Positions 60,477 to 64,000 of a stretch of DNA of 64,000 nt are shown piece by piece. Source of the stretch: Deferrisomatales bacterium (GTDB taxonomy: Bacteria; Desulfobacterota; Deferrisomatia; Deferrisomatales; JACRMM01); assembly GCA_033551855.1 (NCBI GenBank), contig JAWSUI010000014.1, positions 1 through 64,000 on the forward strand, read 5' to 3'. The stretch's first letter is position 1. Each line of letters opens with the position of its first letter. The translations under genes were made by a program, and so were the position numbers. The notes beneath the pieces are model-generated. The model was not told the origin of the DNA. It saw only the letters and a list, made by a program, of their open reading frames with translations, and did not search any database.

Positions 60477-61063
60477 CGCTGGACGTGGTGGTGGCAGGGG
60501 TCGGGGGTCAGGGGGTGGTGACCTTGGCAGGGGTGCTGGCCCGGGCGGCAGTGCTCGAAGGGTATGACGCCCACTTCACCGCCCAGTCCGGTCTGGCCCA
60601 GGTGGGCTCCCCGGTCCTCGCCCACGTGCGGGTCGGCACCCCGGCCGGGCCGAGCCCCAAGATCCCGAGAGGGCGAGCCGGCTTCGTCGTAGGGCTGGAG
60701 CGCCTCGAGGCCATGAAGCTGGCATCCTTCCTGTCCCCCTCGGGCCAGGCGCTGCTCTCGGACGAGGCGGTGCGGCCCTACGAGGCCAGGTTCCGGCGCG
60801 ACCGCTACCCGACGCGGCGGCAGGCGGAGGAACGGTTCGGCGCAGGCCGTGTCTTCTGGGTCCCGGCACCCGACCTCGCCCGGCCTCACGGCCCCCCTCC
60901 CCTGGTGAGTGCGGTCATGCTCGGGGCGCTGGCCGGGATGAGCCGGGTCGTGGAGCGCGACAACCTGGTGCTGGCCCTTCGCGCGGCGGTACCCGCCCTG
61001 GCCGACGCGGAGGCCGAGGCGTTCTTCGAGGGCTACCGGTACGTCACGGGCCTAGACGAGTGA
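60473..61063 (+). CDS. iorB: Indolepyruvate:ferredoxin oxidoreductase beta subunit
   Basis: VAGVGGQGVV, GLAQVGSPV.AHVR, VMLGAL. GTG start overlaps the iorA stop. Confidence 0.85.
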   Translation: MTLDVVVAGVGGQGVVTLAGVLARAAVLEGYDAHFTAQSGLAQVGSPVLAHVRVGTPAGPSPKIPRGRAGFVVGLERLEAMKLASFLSPSGQALLSDEAVRPYEARFRRDRYPTRRQAEERFGAGRVFWVPAPDLARPHGPPPLVSAVMLGALAGMSRVVERDNLVLALRAAVPALADAEAEAFFEGYRYVTGLDE

Positions 61064-61625
61064 GAGGGGGTGCGGGCCAGTCCTGGCCCCGGACGGCGGA
61101 GCGCAGCGGACGGGCCAACAGGGCGGCGAGGACGACCTTCACCAGGTCGAAGACGAGAAACCACCCGAACCCGAGGACGACCGTCCGGAAGGCGCCTGGC
61201 TTGCCCTGGAAGACGGCCAGGTTGAGGTAGAGCCCACCCACGCCGCAGGCGTACACGATCGCCATCCCCAGGGTCAACCCCCCCACCATCCTGCCCCAGC
61301 CCGGCTCGCCCCGCCCGTTCACCACCGCCGAGATCGCCCAGGCCCCCAGGGCGAACCCCACGAGGAACCCGAAGGTGGGGTTGAGCACGTAGCCGAGGCC
61401 GCCGCCGTACGCGAAGACGGGCAGGCCGAGGAGTCCCACCCCGAGGTACGTCAACTGGGACAGCAGAGCCAACCGCGGCCGGAGGATGACCCCGCACAGG
61501 AGCACCACGAGGGGCTGGAGGGTGAAGGGCACCGGCCCCAGGGGGAGCATGAGCTTGGCGCCCACGGCGGTCAGGGCGGCGAAGAGCCCGGCAAGGGCGA
61601 GGTCACGGGCGGGGGCGCGGGCCAC
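61044..61625 (-). CDS. bioY: Biotin transporter BioY
   Basis: LFAALTAVGA, PVPFTLQ, YL.VG.LGLPVFA, PTFGFLVGF, DLVK. GTG start after GGAGG. Confidence 0.92.
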   Translation of the reverse strand: MARAPARDLALAGLFAALTAVGAKLMLPLGPVPFTLQPLVVLLCGVILRPRLALLSQLTYLGVGLLGLPVFAYGGGLGYVLNPTFGFLVGFALGAWAISAVVNGRGEPGWGRMVGGLTLGMAIVYACGVGGLYLNLAVFQGKPGAFRTVVLGFGWFLVFDLVKVVLAALLARPLRSAVRGQDWPAPPLTRLGP

Positions 61626-61662
61626 GGGGTTCCTCCCTCTCGAAGATGAGCTCCGGGCGCGC

Positions 61663-61715
61663 AGGGTAAGGGGCTCCCGCCAAGTTGTCAACCTTCGGAG
61701 GAAGCGCGGTTTACG
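61663..61715 (-). promoter_or_regulatory. BirA operator overlapping the bioY promoter
   Basis: TGTCAACC-N14-GGTTTACG at 61686-61715. One half-site is the minus-strand TTGACA, followed by 17 bp and TACCCT. Confidence 0.8.
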
Positions 61716-62054
61716 ACGCCCCGTCCCTCCTCCGCCGTCTTGGTGTCGGCCGGGCAGCCCGGAATCCACCACCACATTGTGGGGCGGAGTCCGCGAGCCC
61801 AGGAGTGCAGCCCCGCACCGCATCCACCGACCCGACGAGGCCGGCGCAAGCGGGTGAGGCCGGGCCCACCGGGGACTGCTGGGACACTTCCTCGAAGTGT
61901 CGCGGATTGTGGGGCGAAACGCAGGGGCTCCCGGACTCCGCTCGCCGACCAGCCGGTGGATCCAGGCAGCCGGGCCGACTTGACACCCTCTCGGCGAAAC
62001 AGGTATCAGTGCGCACTCGTTGTTCACCGGGTCCGGGGTCCCTCGGGAGGAATC

Positions 62055-62651
62055 ATGGCGTCCATGCGGACGGTGCGTCTCGATCACGTCATCTTGCTCG
62101 CCGTGGGGTGCCTGGTGGCCGGGTATCTGCTGGGGATCGGCACGGCGGTGGTGATCCAGGGAAAGCCGGCCCCGGTGCCGGGACCGGTGGCAGGGCCGGC
62201 CGCACCGGTGGCGCCGCCGGGAACTGCCTTGGGCACTCTCCAGGCGGAAATCCGGGAGCTGCGCAACATCGTGGAGTCGAACCCGGAGAGCGTGGCGGCG
62301 TGGGTGCGCCTGGGAAACCTCTACTTCGACACGGACCAGTTCATGGAGTCCATCGACGCCTACTCGCGGGCGCTGGAGCTCCAGCCCGACAATCCGGACG
62401 TCATCACGGACCGGGCGATCATGTACCGAAGCATCGGGGACTTTCAGCGGGCGGCGTCCGAGTTCCGACGGGCGGCGGAGATTTCCCCCACTCACCTGAA
62501 CAGCCTCTTGAACCTCGGCGTGGTGCTTCGCTACGACCTGAACGACGCCCCCGGCGCCATCCTGGCCTGGAAGGGATACCTGGCCCGCAACCCCCCTCCG
62601 GAGATGGCCGAGAAGATCAGCAGGGAGATCGCGACCCTCCAGGGCCGCTAG
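62055..62651 (+). CDS. Membrane-anchored TPR protein
   Basis: RBS GGGAGG, N-terminal transmembrane helix, Pro/Ala linker, TPRs (AWVRLGNLYFD...AYSRALELQPDN). Confidence 0.85.
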   Translation: MASMRTVRLDHVILLAVGCLVAGYLLGIGTAVVIQGKPAPVPGPVAGPAAPVAPPGTALGTLQAEIRELRNIVESNPESVAAWVRLGNLYFDTDQFMESIDAYSRALELQPDNPDVITDRAIMYRSIGDFQRAASEFRRAAEISPTHLNSLLNLGVVLRYDLNDAPGAILAWKGYLARNPPPEMAEKISREIATLQGR

Positions 62652-62694
62652 GTTCGGGGCGGCCCACGCGAGCTCGCCCCCCTGCGGCGGCGTT

Positions 62695-63990
62695 TCAGGC
62701 CGCCTTCCCCCCCGGCATCTTCACCCGCAGGATCACCATGGGGCCGTCCGGAACGACCGCCCACCGTGCGGCGGGGCCGTGCTTCTTCAGGAGGGCGCGC
62801 ACGCCGGAGACAACGTCTGCGACCGGCCGGAAGTGGAACCGCTCCAACTCCTCCGCGGAAAACCCCTCTGTGTAGAGGTGGACGTTTCGGTCCAGGAGCA
62901 CCTGGTACGTCTCCTGGGCACACCACTGGTCCGGGATGAAGAGCTCCTTCTGCATGATCCGGCTCAGAAACGCCCGAGGGGAATCCACCCGCTCCAGGAT
63001 CTCCCGGTACTCGGGGCTGCCCGCCCCCTCGAGACACCGGCTGGCGATGAGAATGTCCCCCCCGACCTTGACCGCCGCGGCCGCACCCGTGATCCCCTTG
63101 ACCGTCTGGTAGAGGTTGCAGTCCAGAGGAGCCCCCGCGTTGGTGGTGACGATGAAGTCCAGGGGCGCCTCCACCTCGCGCACGCAGTGCTGCGAGAGGA
63201 AGGCGCACCCCTCCAGATGGGCCTGGACCGGGTGCCCGGAGAAGACCCCCGTGACCCGCTTCTGGGTGTCCAGGGTCACGTTCACGATGAAATCGGCCCC
63301 GGCCATGGCCAGCACCTCCAACCCGGCTTCGTGGAACGGGTTGCCCTCCAACTGCCCGTACTCGCACCCGGGGTGGGCCACCATCTCGGGGCCGTGCATG
63401 AACTGCAACGTCTCCAGGGAAGAAATCCCGGGGAGAAGCGACTTGCGTCCGCCGGAGTACCCGGCCCACATGTGGGGTTCGATGAACCCCGTGAGGACTT
63501 TGAGGTCCGCCTCCACATAACGCCGATTCAGGAGCGCGGGCACCTCTCCGCCGATCCTTCCGACCTCCACCATCTCTTCCCGGGCCTTGGAGAGGTGGTC
63601 CACCACGGGGTACCGGCCCGCCACCTCCGGGCCCACCAGGGCGGCTCGCTCCTCCTCGGTAGAGGCGCGGTGCATCCCGGTGGCCACCAGGATCAGCGTG
63701 CGTTCCCGGGGGACCCCCGCGGCGGACAGGGCTTCCAGCAGGGGAGGGAGGATCACGGCGTTCGGTACCGGCCGCGTGACGTCGCTGACCACGACGCACG
63801 CGCTCGTCCTCCCCCGAGCCAACGCAGAGAGCGGTGCGCCGGAGCCGGGATTCGTCAGGCTGCGGGCCACGGCGCCCCCGGGGTCTTCCAGGGCCGGGGG
63901 CTCCGAGGGGGTGAGGACCCCCACGAACCCGGGGCTCTCCTCCAGTTCCACGGGAAGGCCTTGCGTGCCATACTTCAGGGTGACCTTCAT
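62695..63990 (-). CDS. larA: Nickel-pincer-dependent lactate racemase family protein
   Basis: VVSDVTRPVP, ATGMHR, IEPHMWAGYSGGRKS.LPG, PLDCNLYQTVKG. Confidence 0.9.
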   Translation of the reverse strand: MKVTLKYGTQGLPVELEESPGFVGVLTPSEPPALEDPGGAVARSLTNPGSGAPLSALARGRTSACVVVSDVTRPVPNAVILPPLLEALSAAGVPRERTLILVATGMHRASTEEERAALVGPEVAGRYPVVDHLSKAREEMVEVGRIGGEVPALLNRRYVEADLKVLTGFIEPHMWAGYSGGRKSLLPGISSLETLQFMHGPEMVAHPGCEYGQLEGNPFHEAGLEVLAMAGADFIVNVTLDTQKRVTGVFSGHPVQAHLEGCAFLSQHCVREVEAPLDFIVTTNAGAPLDCNLYQTVKGITGAAAAVKVGGDILIASRCLEGAGSPEYREILERVDSPRAFLSRIMQKELFIPDQWCAQETYQVLLDRNVHLYTEGFSAEELERFHFRPVADVVSGVRALLKKHGPAARWAVVPDGPMVILRVKMPGGKAA

Positions 63991-64000
63991 GGGGCACCTC

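Overview
A high-GC (roughly 70% by eye) bacterial chromosome segment. Gene content (tetraheme c3, NrfD module, carD-PIN/TRAM-ispDF, stand-alone PurH N-domain, DUF362) suggests an anaerobic deltaproteobacterial-type organism; this is an inference. In order, the window holds: a partial EamA gene; a globin-coupled histidine kinase; a 13.5 kb nicotinate-type catabolic operon (XRE-cupin regulator, TRAP transporter, three-subunit molybdenum hydroxylase, enamidase, 6-hydroxynicotinate reductase, ApbE-like protein, DUF1185, CoA-acylating-type aldehyde dehydrogenase); cytochrome c3; purD and a half purH; mlaEFD; a cytochrome c/4Fe-4S/NrfD redox module; typA; an accessory patch (two 209-bp MITE-like elements, AEC transporter, truncated flavoprotein, cobalamin riboswitch controlling an 85-aa orphan, HAF-repeat lipoprotein); fliA-fliM-fliN-PilZ; ispDF-PIN/TRAM-carD; DUF362; a DUF3524 glycosyltransferase; a 17 kb co-directional lipid-utilisation locus (fadD-TetR-fadN-fadA-fadE, then lipase lipoprotein-DUF1302-DUF1329-YCF48-MMPL/RND); iorAB; BirA-controlled bioY; a TPR protein; larA. 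I saw no rRNA, tRNA, CRISPR array, transposase or integrase. All family calls come from motif recognition by eye, not database searches.
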